From contig JAMLJG010000010.1 in the NCBI GenBank assembly GCA_023953695.1, positions 3,069 through 67,068 on the forward strand: a DNA stretch of 64,000 nt. The letters are read 5' to 3'. The notes beneath the pieces are model-generated. The model was not told where the DNA came from, made no database searches, and saw only the letters and a program-made list of their open reading frames with translations. The position numbers were made by a program, and so were the translations under genes. Position 1 is the first letter of the stretch, and each line of letters opens with the position of its first letter. Positions 18,311 to 27,603 of the stretch are shown here, in pieces. The stretch is from Kiritimatiellia bacterium (GTDB lineage Bacteria; Verrucomicrobiota; Kiritimatiellia; CAIVKH01).

Positions 18311-19432
18311 CTATTTCCTCTCCGCGATCGGCACGAGCGTCGCCGCTTCCGGCCCCGTATAAAGCGAGCTTGGGCGAATGATTCGATTTCCAGCGCGCTG
18401 CTCAATGATGTGCGCCGTCCAACCCGTGATGCGAGACATCACAAAGATGGGCGTGAACAGCGGCGTCGGAATCCCGCAGCGGTTATACACAATCGCGCTG
18501 TAGAAATCCAAATTGGGAAACAGATCTTTCTCGCGCCGCATTACCTGTTCAATCCGCTCGCCAACCGCAAACTGGCGCTTCCCTTCCTCGCTCAAATCCG
18601 CCAGCTTTCGCGCCCACACCTTGATCACATCCGAACGCGGATCGGAATGCTTATAGACGCGGTGGCCGAATCCCATGATCTTCTCCTTCTTCTTCAGCGA
18701 GTCGAGAATCCCCGCCTCCGCCTCCTCCGGCGTCCGATAGCGCTCGATCAACTCCATCGCCGCCTCATTCGCCCCACCATGCAACGGCCCCCGCAGCGCC
18801 GCAATCGCACCCGTCACCGCGCCATAAAAATCGGCGAGCGTCGAAGTGATCACGCGCGCGGTGAACGTCGAGGCGTTGAACTCGTGCTCCGCATAGAGAA
18901 TCAGCGAAACATCCAAGGCCTGCCGATGCAAATCGTCCGGCTCCTTCCCGTGCAGAGAGCGCAAGAAGTGCCCCGCCAGCGTATCGTCGCCATTCTTCGT
19001 ATCAATCCGATGTCCGGTCTGGTGGAAAATCCACCAATACAACAGACACGAAGAAAAGCTCGCGAGCAACCGGTTCGCCACGGCCACGGCATCGTGTCGA
19101 GGCCCCTCCGGCTCCAGGCAACCCAACACCGAGGTGCTCGTGCGCAACACATCCATCGGATGCGCGCTCCCCGGCAACGCTTCCAAAATCCGACACAACG
19201 CATCGGGCAGCGCGCGCAACTTCGAGAGCAACTGACGATAGTCCGCAAGCTCAACCGCATTGGGCAACCGCCCATACATCATCAAATAGGCCACCTCGCC
19301 GAAGCTCGCCTTCTGCGTCAACTCGTCCAGCGCATATCCGCGATAGCGCAACCCGCCCGCATCCTCATTGATCACGGAGATCGCCGTCTCCCCTGCAATT
19401 ACACCCTCAAGACCCTTTGCGTATGTCGTCAT
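18311..19432 (-). CDS. prpC: 2-methylcitrate synthase / citrate synthase family
   Basis: Citrate synthase signature GFGHRVYKHSDPR. 373 aa. Immediately downstream of prpB. Confidence 0.85.
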   Translation of the reverse strand: MTTYAKGLEGVIAGETAISVINEDAGGLRYRGYALDELTQKASFGEVAYLMMYGRLPNAVELADYRQLLSKLRALPDALCRILEALPGSAHPMDVLRTSTSVLGCLEPEGPRHDAVAVANRLLASFSSCLLYWWIFHQTGHRIDTKNGDDTLAGHFLRSLHGKEPDDLHRQALDVSLILYAEHEFNASTFTARVITSTLADFYGAVTGAIAALRGPLHGGANEAAMELIERYRTPEEAEAGILDSLKKKEKIMGFGHRVYKHSDPRSDVIKVWARKLADLSEEGKRQFAVGERIEQVMRREKDLFPNLDFYSAIVYNRCGIPTPLFTPIFVMSRITGWTAHIIEQRAGNRIIRPSSLYTGPEAATLVPIAERK

Positions 19433-19452
19433 TGCACTTCTCCTTAATTCGA

Positions 19453-20325
19453 TTACTGCGATTTCGCCTCGCGCTGCGCCCGCAACCGCTCATCCGCCTC
19501 CCGCTCATAGCGGTGATAGTCCAACACTTCATACAGCGCATTCCGCGTCTGCATCATGCCCACCACATCGCGCTGGGTTCCATCCTGCCGGATCTCCGCA
19601 TACACCTTCTCCGCAGCCAGACTCATCGCGCGAAATGCGGACAACGGATACAGCGCCATTCGCACCCCCATCGCCCCCAGTTCCTCAATCGTGAACAAGG
19701 GCGTCTTTCCAAACTCAGTGATATTCGCCAGCAGCGGAACCTCCACCGCCTCCACAAACGCGCGATACTCCTCAAACGTCCGCAGCGCCTCGGCAAAAAT
19801 ATAGTCCGCCCCCTCCTCCACATACGCCTTCGCCCGCGCAATCGCCGCAGCCAAACCTTCCCCCGCCACCGCATCTGTTCGAGCCAGAATCAACACCGCC
19901 GAGCCCGCGCCCCGCATCGCGCGAATGCGCCCCACCATCTCCTCCGTCGAAACCAGCTCCTTATTGGGACGATGGCCGCAGCGCTTCATGTCCACCTGAT
20001 CCTCCATCTGCAGCGCGGCCGCCCCCGCGGCCGCCATCACCCGCGCAGTCTCCGCGGGATCGTCCCACCCCGTGTCCACATCCACCAGAATCGGCAACCC
20101 CGTCGTCCCCGCAATGCGCCGCACATCCTCCGCCACCTGCTCGCGCGTCGTGAAACCCAAATCCGGCAGCCCAAAACTCGCATTCGCCACACCCGCCCCG
20201 GAAACATACAGCGCGCGAAACCCCGCCCGCTCCGCCAGCCGCGCCGCGTAGGCATTGATCACACCCGCAATCTGCAACGGTCGCTCCGCCTCCAGCGCCG
20301 CTCGGAACTTCTCGACCGGACTCAT
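19453..20325 (-). CDS. prpB: methylisocitrate lyase
   Basis: PEP mutase/isocitrate lyase superfamily with MEDQVDMKRCGH (K-[KR]-C-G-H). Start trimmed to MSPVEKF at 20325, because the track extension to 20457 runs through the intergenic palindromes. Confidence 0.9.
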   Translation of the reverse strand: MSPVEKFRAALEAERPLQIAGVINAYAARLAERAGFRALYVSGAGVANASFGLPDLGFTTREQVAEDVRRIAGTTGLPILVDVDTGWDDPAETARVMAAAGAAALQMEDQVDMKRCGHRPNKELVSTEEMVGRIRAMRGAGSAVLILARTDAVAGEGLAAAIARAKAYVEEGADYIFAEALRTFEEYRAFVEAVEVPLLANITEFGKTPLFTIEELGAMGVRMALYPLSAFRAMSLAAEKVYAEIRQDGTQRDVVGMMQTRNALYEVLDYHRYEREADERLRAQREAKSQ

Positions 20326-20382
20326 AAGCACTCCTTCCACAACACACCCACACACCCGCCGCCGACACAACCGGCGCGGCAT

Positions 20383-20429
20383 TTCCAACCCTTGGAAACT
20401 CGGGGCGCGCGCACTTCCAACCCTTGGAA
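20383..20429. repeat. pair of TTCCAACCCTTGGAA palindromes, 32-bp phase (20383-20397, 20415-20429)
   Basis: Read directly. Lies between the dihydropyrimidinase stop (20458) and the prpB start (20325). Confidence 0.95.
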
Positions 20430-20457
20430 ATCGCGCGATCCGTCGCTCGCCACGCAC

Positions 20458-21840
20458 CTAGAAATGGGTCGGCTCACGTTTAATCAACTGACCGCGCCCC
20501 AGCGTCCCGACGAACTTCCCGTTCTTCGCCGCCACCTCGCCGCGCACCGTCACCACCGACGGGCGGCCCGTGACCTCCCACCCCTCGAATGGATTGTAGT
20601 CCACCGCCATATACTGCTTCTTCGCCGTCACCTTTCCGCGATACGACGGATCCCACACCACCAAATCCGCATCGCTCCCCACCGCAATCGTCCCCTTGCG
20701 CGGGAACAATCCAAAAAGCTTCGCCGCCTGCGTGCTGCCCACATCCACAAACTGATTCAACGACAAGCGCCCCTGATCCACCCCGTGCGTCCACAGCATC
20801 GTCACGCGATCCTCCAGCGACGGGATTCCGTTGGGAATCTTCGTGAAATCGCTGATCCCCATTCGCTTCTGCGTCTTGAAATCGAACGGCGCGTGATCCG
20901 TCGCCACCGTGCTCACCAGCCCCTGCGCCAGCGCGTTCCAAAACACATCCTGATTCTTCTTGTGACGCAGCGGCGGCGACATCACAAACTTCGACCCCTC
21001 AAAGTTCGGCTTCTCCGCATACGTCATATCCAGCGTCAAATACTGGATCAGCGTCTCCACCCAAATCTTCACCCCGCGCTCCCGCGCGCGAATCGCCGCC
21101 CGCAGCGACTCCTCGCAACTCGTGTGCACGCAATACACGTGCGTGTCGTGCATCGCCGCAAACGTCGCCAAATGATGCACGCCCTCCGCCTCCACCATCG
21201 GCGGCCGACTCCAATAGTGCCACTTCGGCGCCACCTTCTTTTCCGACAGCAACTTCTTCTGCAACTCCGCAACCAAATCCGCATTCTCACAATGCGCCGT
21301 CACAATCACACCCAGCTTCTTCGCCAGCGCCAACGTGTGATACAGCTCATAATCCGAAATGCCGAACGCGCCCTTATAGGCCAAAAAGATTTTGAAGCTC
21401 GAAATCCCCGCCTTCACAATCTGCGTCAACTCGGCCGCCGCATTCTCGTCATAGCGCGCCACGCCCATGTGAAAGGTGAAATCGCACGCGCTCAACCCCT
21501 CCGCCTTGCTCAACCAAAACTCATAGGCCTCCAGCGGACTCTCATCTCGACTCGGACAACACATCTCGATCAACGATGTCGTCCCGCCGACCAGCGCCGC
21601 CTTGCTCGCCGACGCATACGTGTCCTTCGAATACGTCCCCATGAAAGGAAGATAGATGTGGACATGCGGATCAATGAACCCAGGGAAGACGAACTTCCCC
21701 TTCGCGTTGATAACCTTCGTCTGCTTCGGCACCTCGAGGTTCGGGCCAATGCACGTGATCTGCTCGCCCTCGCAGTAGATGTCCGCCTTATACCGCGAAT
21801 CCGCGGTCACAATCTCGCCACCCTTGATCAACAGGCTCAT
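20458..21840 (-). CDS. dihydropyrimidinase / D-hydantoinase (cyclic amidohydrolase)
   Basis: Metal ligands GFIDPHVHIY, carboxylated-Lys region SSFKIFLAYKG, TAHCEN, and VATDHAPF. 460 aa. Confidence 0.9.
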   Translation of the reverse strand: MSLLIKGGEIVTADSRYKADIYCEGEQITCIGPNLEVPKQTKVINAKGKFVFPGFIDPHVHIYLPFMGTYSKDTYASASKAALVGGTTSLIEMCCPSRDESPLEAYEFWLSKAEGLSACDFTFHMGVARYDENAAAELTQIVKAGISSFKIFLAYKGAFGISDYELYHTLALAKKLGVIVTAHCENADLVAELQKKLLSEKKVAPKWHYWSRPPMVEAEGVHHLATFAAMHDTHVYCVHTSCEESLRAAIRARERGVKIWVETLIQYLTLDMTYAEKPNFEGSKFVMSPPLRHKKNQDVFWNALAQGLVSTVATDHAPFDFKTQKRMGISDFTKIPNGIPSLEDRVTMLWTHGVDQGRLSLNQFVDVGSTQAAKLFGLFPRKGTIAVGSDADLVVWDPSYRGKVTAKKQYMAVDYNPFEGWEVTGRPSVVTVRGEVAAKNGKFVGTLGRGQLIKREPTHF

Positions 21841-21957
21841 CGCTCACTCCTCTCGCCGGGCCGAACTGCAGCCCTACAGAGGGCTAGTGTAGAGAAATGG
21901 CGCGCCGTGAAAAGCCTCATTTTGCAAAAAGGGCAGAACGACTTGCAGCGAGGCCAC

Positions 21958-22887
21958 TCAAAACGGAAGAGGATCGGTGCTGTTGATGAAGCGGACCCCT
22001 TGTTCTTCATAGCGCGCAAACTCCGCGCGCGCCTGCGCCTCGAAATCCACTTTCGGATGCCGCAGCGGCGACATGCAATCGCGCAAAATGAAGATGCGAT
22101 CCAACTTCTCCGGCGTGTGGCGAAACACCTCCACCATGTCGGACACCGACTCCAACACACAGTGGCTCGACGCCTCCCCCGCAATCACCACAAAATCATA
22201 CTCATCCAACGCATCCACAAAATCCGTGTTGAGCCCGCCCTGCGGATGCCCCGTCACATGAATCTCCGGCCGCAATATCGAATAGTGCTCCGTCCGCGGA
22301 ACACTCCCCTTCCGCCACCACGCGGGCTGACTCTTGCGCGCCAACGCATGCCAGAAAATCGCCGACCACAACTCCGGGTCAACCGAATGCCCCATGCTGC
22401 CCAACATCGCGTGATACGGCCAAATCGTGAGCTGCTTCTTCGCCTCCGCCTCGAGCCGCTGCACATATTCGCGCGACCACTCCACATCCCGCAAGGGCCG
22501 CCACCGCTGCGACTCCACATCCTCCATGGAGATGATCGTGAATGGCGGCGGTTGATTTCCCTCCGCATCCGCCCACCATGCGGCGTGAAAAATCTGAAAC
22601 GGGTAGTGCGAATCCTGTGAGCACGTGATCTGACTTATCCGCTCGGCGTTGCGATAGATGAACTCAATCACCCGGCGCACATCGTCCTGCGCCCCCGGAA
22701 CATAAAGCGAACTGCGCTCATGACAGAACGCCACCTGCATATCAATGAGCAGCAACTGCACATTCTGTGTGTCGTGCTCAGCGGACCTCAATCCCGCGCG
22801 CCCCGCCTCTTGCGCAATCAGCTCCAAGTTGGGATACGCCAACCCGCCCACTCGCTTCGGATCATAGAACGACGGAAACCCATTCAT
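21958..22887 (-). CDS. isochorismatase-family cysteine hydrolase (long form)
   Basis: Asp motif LLLIDMQVAFC and nucleophile region VVIAGEASSHCVLESV. The track start 22893 is TTG; the ATG is at 22887. Confidence 0.75.
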   Translation of the reverse strand: MNGFPSFYDPKRVGGLAYPNLELIAQEAGRAGLRSAEHDTQNVQLLLIDMQVAFCHERSSLYVPGAQDDVRRVIEFIYRNAERISQITCSQDSHYPFQIFHAAWWADAEGNQPPPFTIISMEDVESQRWRPLRDVEWSREYVQRLEAEAKKQLTIWPYHAMLGSMGHSVDPELWSAIFWHALARKSQPAWWRKGSVPRTEHYSILRPEIHVTGHPQGGLNTDFVDALDEYDFVVIAGEASSHCVLESVSDMVEVFRHTPEKLDRIFILRDCMSPLRHPKVDFEAQARAEFARYEEQGVRFINSTDPLPF

Positions 22888-22966
22888 GCCCAATCCGCTC
22901 CCGTTTGTACCAGCCTATCAAACCGCGTGCAGAATTCAAACCTCGCGCGCACCCACCGGGGTCAGA

Positions 22967-23599
22967 TTACCCACATTTCGCAAAATCCGGTACGGCGAGC
23001 GCGAGAGGGCGATTGGTAAATAGCGCGCGGCAATCCACCGAATCGCGCATCGCGGTCAGCACTTCGTCCAGCGGCTCCACGAACACATAGGGATAGTCCA
23101 CCTCCCCCAATTCCGGTCGAATCGGATAGGCCAACTGCTCGCGCTCAATGCTGAACTGCGAATTGACCCCCGGCTTGTTCCCGCGAGGATCGAGGCGAAA
23201 CCAAACCCGGCGCTCCGGCAAATAAACCGCATTCAACCCGTGCAGCGCGTGGCCCGACGCCACAGTCCCCAGGCGCGTCACACGCTGATAGCAAAAGCCC
23301 GCCGGAATCCCCAACCCGCGCAGCAGCGCGGCCAACACGTGGGCCTTCGCAAAACAAATCCCCTCGCGGAAAGACATCGCATCCGACGCCGAAATCGCCA
23401 CCCGCTCGCTCTTCAAGTCAAACGAATGCGCGATTTCATCGCGCGCAAACTCAAACGCCAACCGCGCCCGATCCACCTCGCTCGATGCCCCCTCCCGAAT
23501 CTCCACAATCTTCTTCTGCACCAACGGCGCGTGAAAATTGATCGCGCTGGACTCGCCCAAATAATCGTTCGGATCGCTAGACTCAAGAATCAGCTTCAT
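22967..23599 (-). CDS. transglutaminase-like cysteine protease-fold protein
   Basis: Core REGICFAKAHVLAALLRGLGIPAGFCY...HALHGLNAVY resembles the transglutaminase-core Cys/His region. Confidence 0.7.
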   Translation of the reverse strand: MKLILESSDPNDYLGESSAINFHAPLVQKKIVEIREGASSEVDRARLAFEFARDEIAHSFDLKSERVAISASDAMSFREGICFAKAHVLAALLRGLGIPAGFCYQRVTRLGTVASGHALHGLNAVYLPERRVWFRLDPRGNKPGVNSQFSIEREQLAYPIRPELGEVDYPYVFVEPLDEVLTAMRDSVDCRALFTNRPLALAVPDFAKCG

Positions 23600-23736
23600 A
23601 CCGCCTCCGCCGCATCGCGCTCTCCCGCGAACCTACGCCGCATCCCCCCGAAATCAAGCGCCCCACCCGCCGCGATCCCGCCTTGCTCCCCGCCACTCGC
23701 CCCGCTACTGTTGTGCGCTTGACGAAAGGACTCTCC

Positions 23737-24270
23737 ATGAAGTTGCTCCGCCCCGGTATCCTCGCCCTGCTCCTGCCCGCTGTAGCCCTCCTCCCGCTCG
23801 GCTGCGAAGTGGACTCCAGCGACACCTTCTCACGAGATGTCGCAACCGACTTTTCCGGCCTCTACCAAGGCTGCGGCGACAACAGCACCATCGTCCAACA
23901 AAATGGCGGTAATCGAATCACCCAACTCGACTTGCGCCAATCCGGCGACACGCTGGAAGCCGTGGACAACAACGGCGCCCTCTGGCGTGGCAGCCTCGGC
24001 GAAGTCCAGAACGGCCGCTCCTCCTTCGAACTGCGCGGCCGTACCACCACCGGCGTGGATGCCTGGTTCTCAGGCACACTCTCCAGCAGCGACAGCGGCA
24101 GCACCAACTCCACCGGCTCCGCCACCGGCCGCATGACCGGAACCTACGTCGAACCCGACCGCTACAGCACCTTCTGCGGCTCCGCCATCATCCCCGGAAC
24201 ACAGACCGACACGAACACAGATACCGGCACCAACACAAACACCACAAACACTGTTTCAAGCGCGCCCTGA
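23737..24270 (+). CDS. lipoprotein, unknown function, Thr/Asn/Asp low-complexity tail
   Basis: Lipobox LLPLGC after MKLLRPGILALLLPAVA. C-terminal TQTDTNTDTGTNTNTTNT. Confidence 0.6.
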   Translation: MKLLRPGILALLLPAVALLPLGCEVDSSDTFSRDVATDFSGLYQGCGDNSTIVQQNGGNRITQLDLRQSGDTLEAVDNNGALWRGSLGEVQNGRSSFELRGRTTTGVDAWFSGTLSSSDSGSTNSTGSATGRMTGTYVEPDRYSTFCGSAIIPGTQTDTNTDTGTNTNTTNTVSSAP

Positions 24271-24303
24271 AGCACTCGCGCAACTCGCGCGCGAGAACGA
24301 AAC

Positions 24304-24350
24304 TTCCAACGATTGGAAAAAGCCCTGAAACGAACTTCCAACCCTTGGAA
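24304..24350. repeat. pair of palindromes TTCCAACGATTGGAA / TTCCAACCCTTGGAA, 32-bp phase
   Basis: Read directly. Lies between two convergent gene ends (stops at 24270 and 24389). Confidence 0.95.
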
Positions 24351-24388
24351 GTTCAAGGGCCGAGGCGGAGAAAACACCGCGTCGGCCG

Positions 24389-25069
24389 CTACTGCGGCGG
24401 CAGGACGCCTTCCTGCACGAGCTTCGCATCCATCTCCGCGGTGAGCGGAATGGGTAGCGGTGGCAAGCCCTGTCGAATCACTTCCATCTGATACTCTTGC
24501 AAGTGCTTCGTGAGTTCCTCGCCCGTATATTTCGGCGGAGGCGGGGGCTCTGCCGGGGGCGGCGGGGTCGCAGCGCGAGCGCGCCGGCGCTCTTCCCACG
24601 TCGGCCGCTGAGCAGCCGTTGAAACCGGAGCATTTCGCCCGGGCCGAACCTGACCCGGCTTAATCTCCTGAACCTCGCCTGACGCAAACTTGATGAGCGC
24701 CATCTCCGAACCCTGCTTCAACACGGCCTCTTCATCCGCCCAATTCGCCGTCACCACTTCAATGCCATCCAGCGACTCGCCCGCGGCCATCATGTAGCTG
24801 CGCCCCGAGCGCGTGTCCACAAAACCCACCTTAATCGAGCCGTCGTCCATCTCAATGATCGTGGAGAGGCGCAAACTCTTGGCGAACGACTCCGCCTGCG
24901 GCTGCGTCGGCGCGGCGACAACCTCCTGCGCATATGCCGATGATCCAAACGGCGAGCGATCCAGAATGACCTGATATCGCTCGAACGGATATGACGTGGG
25001 CGCCGCCGAGGCCGCCGCCACCGCGCCGACCCAAAACAGAAGCCCTCGTTGAAACGCTCGCAAGTTCAT
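24389..25069 (-). CDS. secreted hypothetical protein with Pro-rich C-terminal region (PilP/GspC-like middle region by eye)
   Basis: Signal peptide MNLRAFQRGLLFWVGAVAAASAA. Middle region LRLSTIIEMDDGSIKVGFVD...GESLDGIEVV. The ATG at 25069 is preferred over the GTG at 25087. Confidence 0.5.
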   Translation of the reverse strand: MNLRAFQRGLLFWVGAVAAASAAPTSYPFERYQVILDRSPFGSSAYAQEVVAAPTQPQAESFAKSLRLSTIIEMDDGSIKVGFVDTRSGRSYMMAAGESLDGIEVVTANWADEEAVLKQGSEMALIKFASGEVQEIKPGQVRPGRNAPVSTAAQRPTWEERRRARAATPPPPAEPPPPPKYTGEELTKHLQEYQMEVIRQGLPPLPIPLTAEMDAKLVQEGVLPPQ

Positions 25070-25201
25070 CTCCCCACAAAAATACACATTCTATCGCCCT
25101 TGCCCAGCCGCATTCTTCCAATAGTTCTCACCCGCTCGCGGAAACCGCCCGCAAACCAAAACGGGATTGCAGCCACCCCGCCCCACACCTACTCTGCCGC
25201 C

Positions 25202-26008
25202 ATGCGAATCACTCCCATCATCAGCCTGCAGAACCCGCGCCTCAAAGACCTCGTCCGCCTGCAAAAGCGGCCCTATCGCGATGAGCGCGGCGTGATCGTT
25301 GTCGAGGGCTATCGCGAAGTGAAGCGCATGCTGGACAACCACCGCAAACCCCTCGCGCTCTTTTTTGCCCCCTCCTTCTATCAAGGCGAAAATGAACCCG
25401 AACTCGTGCGCCGCTGCGGCGAGGCGGGCGCTGAACTCTTCGAGTGCACCTCCGATGCCTTTCTGAAGGTGGCCTATCGCGATCGCCCAGAGGGGCTCAT
25501 CGCCCTCACCCCGCAGCTTCACACAACGCTGAATGAACTGGAAGTGCCTGAACAGCCGCTCCTCGTCGTCGCCGAAGCCATCGAAAAACCCGGCAACCTC
25601 GGCTCACTCCTTCGCTCCGCAGATGCCGCAGGCGTGCACGCCGTCATCGTCTGCGATCGCTGCACCGACATCCACAACCCCAACGTCGTGCGATCCAGCA
25701 TCGGCACCCTCTTCAGCCTCCCCGTGGTGGAAGCCACCTCCGATGAAACCCTCGCCTGGCTCCGCGCGCGCCACATCCGCACCCTGGCCGCCACCCCGCA
25801 CGCCGAACGGGAATATACAGAGTGCGACATGAAACAGGGAATCGCCCTCGTGGTCGGAACCGAAAAGTTCGGGCTGAGCGACCGATGGATGAACCAAGCC
25901 GATGAATGCGTGCGGATCCCCATGCTCGGCCAGATAGACTCGCTCAACGTCGCCGCCGCCACCACCCTGCTCCTCTACGAAGCCGTCCGCCAGCGCCGCG
26001 CAAAATAG
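25202..26008 (+). CDS. TrmH/SpoU family RNA 2'-O-methyltransferase
   Basis: SPOUT motifs EKPGNLGSLLRSADAAG, LVVGTEKFGLS, and IPMLGQIDSLNVAAATTLLLYE. Start trimmed to MRITPII. Confidence 0.85.
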   Translation: MRITPIISLQNPRLKDLVRLQKRPYRDERGVIVVEGYREVKRMLDNHRKPLALFFAPSFYQGENEPELVRRCGEAGAELFECTSDAFLKVAYRDRPEGLIALTPQLHTTLNELEVPEQPLLVVAEAIEKPGNLGSLLRSADAAGVHAVIVCDRCTDIHNPNVVRSSIGTLFSLPVVEATSDETLAWLRARHIRTLAATPHAEREYTECDMKQGIALVVGTEKFGLSDRWMNQADECVRIPMLGQIDSLNVAAATTLLLYEAVRQRRAK

Positions 26009-26009
26009 C

Positions 26010-27086
26010 TCACTGCGCCACAAAAGATTGCTCGTGTTGCAGCACGCCGAGAAAGGGCCCCAAATCTACGCGCGCCTTCAGCACATACGTCTGACCCGAC
26101 GGAAGGCGCTTGAGCGAAACCTCCAACGCAGGCCCAGCATTCTGCCTCCCCTCGCGGAACGGAACCCTCTCCTCCATCAACACCCGCCCCTCACCATCAG
26201 ACACCGAAACATCAACCACACTGCCCATCCCCGAGCGTGGAAAAAGCTGCAGCCGATTCATCCGCACCTCGCCCGACAACACCCCGCGCCCCACTCCCCA
26301 CTTCATCGTCGGCGAAACCAATAGATCCTGCGCCGCAATGGAGCCCTCGCCAAGCAGGAAACCCGGCGGCACTCCCACCAACGAAAAAGAAGACGACGCC
26401 CCACCCTTCTTCAAAACCACATCCAACACCACATTCGGAACCCCCGGCTCGCGACCCAGCACCGAAAACGCCAGATCGCTCTGAACCTCCACACCCTCCC
26501 TCACCGAAACAAAACGCTTCGAGGGAAAACTCATCGTCGCCTCACTCCCCGACGCCCGACGGCTCCCACTCAGCGTCTCCGGATTCGACGACGGGCTCGA
26601 CCACAACAACAGCGACGATGGCAACTCGTCATTCCCCGTCGCCTCCAACACAGCAAACACCGCCTCCGAATCCTTCGCCCCATACCGGAAGCCCCACGCC
26701 ACCGCATCCGCCCCATCGCTCACCCGAAAACCCGGCAACCGCGCGCGCGGCCGATCCGAAATCGGCGGCAACGCCCGCAAACTCATCGGCGCCGCAACCA
26801 CCGCCCCACTCAACGAATTCGTCCACTCCGCTGGCGGCCGCCCGCGCTGCGCCGTCGCCAAATTGTCGCGATAGCCCTGCTCATAGCGAAAACGAGTAGC
26901 CGGCGAAAACGCGGACCACGGAAACAGCTTCCTCGTCCCCTCCACAGACAGCTCCAAACCGCCCGGCTTCACCGACACCAACTCCCCCTTGATCGGCGTT
27001 CCATTAACAAAACGAACTGCAGCCCCCTCCTGAGCGGAAGCTACACCCGCAAAAATCAGCATCACAAAACCAACCCACAAACGCAT
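26010..27086 (-). CDS. secreted hypothetical protein
   Basis: Signal peptide MRLWVGFVMLIFAGVASAQE. 358 aa with no motif I recognise. Confidence 0.5.
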   Translation of the reverse strand: MRLWVGFVMLIFAGVASAQEGAAVRFVNGTPIKGELVSVKPGGLELSVEGTRKLFPWSAFSPATRFRYEQGYRDNLATAQRGRPPAEWTNSLSGAVVAAPMSLRALPPISDRPRARLPGFRVSDGADAVAWGFRYGAKDSEAVFAVLEATGNDELPSSLLLWSSPSSNPETLSGSRRASGSEATMSFPSKRFVSVREGVEVQSDLAFSVLGREPGVPNVVLDVVLKKGGASSSFSLVGVPPGFLLGEGSIAAQDLLVSPTMKWGVGRGVLSGEVRMNRLQLFPRSGMGSVVDVSVSDGEGRVLMEERVPFREGRQNAGPALEVSLKRLPSGQTYVLKARVDLGPFLGVLQHEQSFVAQ

Positions 27087-27208
27087 ACCGCAATCCTAGC
27101 GAGACCCCGCTCGCCTGCCTAGAGAGGAAACCTGTTGAAGTTGCGCCCCCAACCCGCTAACTTCGCCACACAAATTGACAAGCGAACCCGCGACGCGGGC
27201 ATCGCATC

Positions 27209-27301
27209 GGAGGGGTGGCTGAGCGGTTGAAGGCACTCGACTCGAAATCGAGAGACCGCCTATAAAGCGGTCCGTGGGTTCAAATCCCACCCCCTCCGCC
27301 A
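27209..27301 (+). tRNA. tRNA-Ser (anticodon CGA)
   Basis: Cloverleaf folded by hand. Acceptor GGAGGGG/CCCCTCC; anticodon stem CTCGA/TCGAG with loop CTCGAAA; long variable arm; T-arm GTGGG-TTCAAAT-CCCAC; encoded CCA. Confidence 0.9.
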
Positions 27302-27331
27302 TCTCAATACACTCCGGCACCCCACCCAAAC

Positions 27332-27500
27332 GGCAGGGCAACTTGGCTCAAGGCTCCGCCACGCACCAGCCAAACTCACCGGCTCAGCATTCACCCACAA
27401 TAGGTAGGGCGGTTTGGCTCAAACCGCCGCCACTCATTTCGGCAAAATCCCCTCGCTCAGCCCGAATCCGCTCCGGCGCGTTGGGCCAACGCGCCCTACC
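27332..27500. repeat. three REP-like GTAG-hairpin units (27332-27360, 27403-27431 forward; 27475-27500 inverted)
   Basis: Unit 2 is GGTAGGGC followed by a 9-bp hairpin GGCGGTTTG/CAAACCGCC. Unit 1 is a degenerate copy (22 of 29 identical). Unit 3 is the reverse-orientation relative GGCGCGTTGG-G-CCAACGCGCC-CTACC. Units start 71-72 bp apart. Confidence 0.6.
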
Positions 27501-27603
27501 CTCACCACACCGTAGATGGCGTTGCTCGCCCACAAGGCCCGCAGCTCCCGTTCCAGAGCTAATTCGGCATTGGACAATGGCGCGCGTCGGGTAGAATCGC
27601 GCT

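Noticed and set aside
20326-20457. N-terminal 44-aa extension of prpB in the ORF track
   Set aside because: The extension is translated from the intergenic TTCCAACCCTTGGAA pair, giving the FQGLE word. PrpB homology begins at MSPVEKF.
19417-22620. 1067-aa plus-strand ORF, the longest in the window
   Set aside because: It lies antisense to prpB, dihydropyrimidinase and the isochorismatase-like gene, all of which have clear catalytic motifs. Its translation is low-complexity Arg/His/Pro/Leu/Gln. This is typical of stop-free antisense frames in GC-rich genomes. It also reads through an intergenic region, including the palindromes.
27332-27500. CRISPR-like mini-array (about 29-nt repeats with 42-43-nt spacers)
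   Set aside because: The repeats are only about 75 percent identical, and the third unit is in inverted orientation and shorter. There are no cas genes and no leader. A REP-like element fits better.
27209-27603. Genomic island or integrative element at tRNA-Ser (and similarly at tRNA-Asp, 40877..40953)
   Set aside because: There is no integrase, no duplicated tRNA 3' end (att-like direct repeat) and no compositional shift. Flanking genes are ordinary housekeeping genes.
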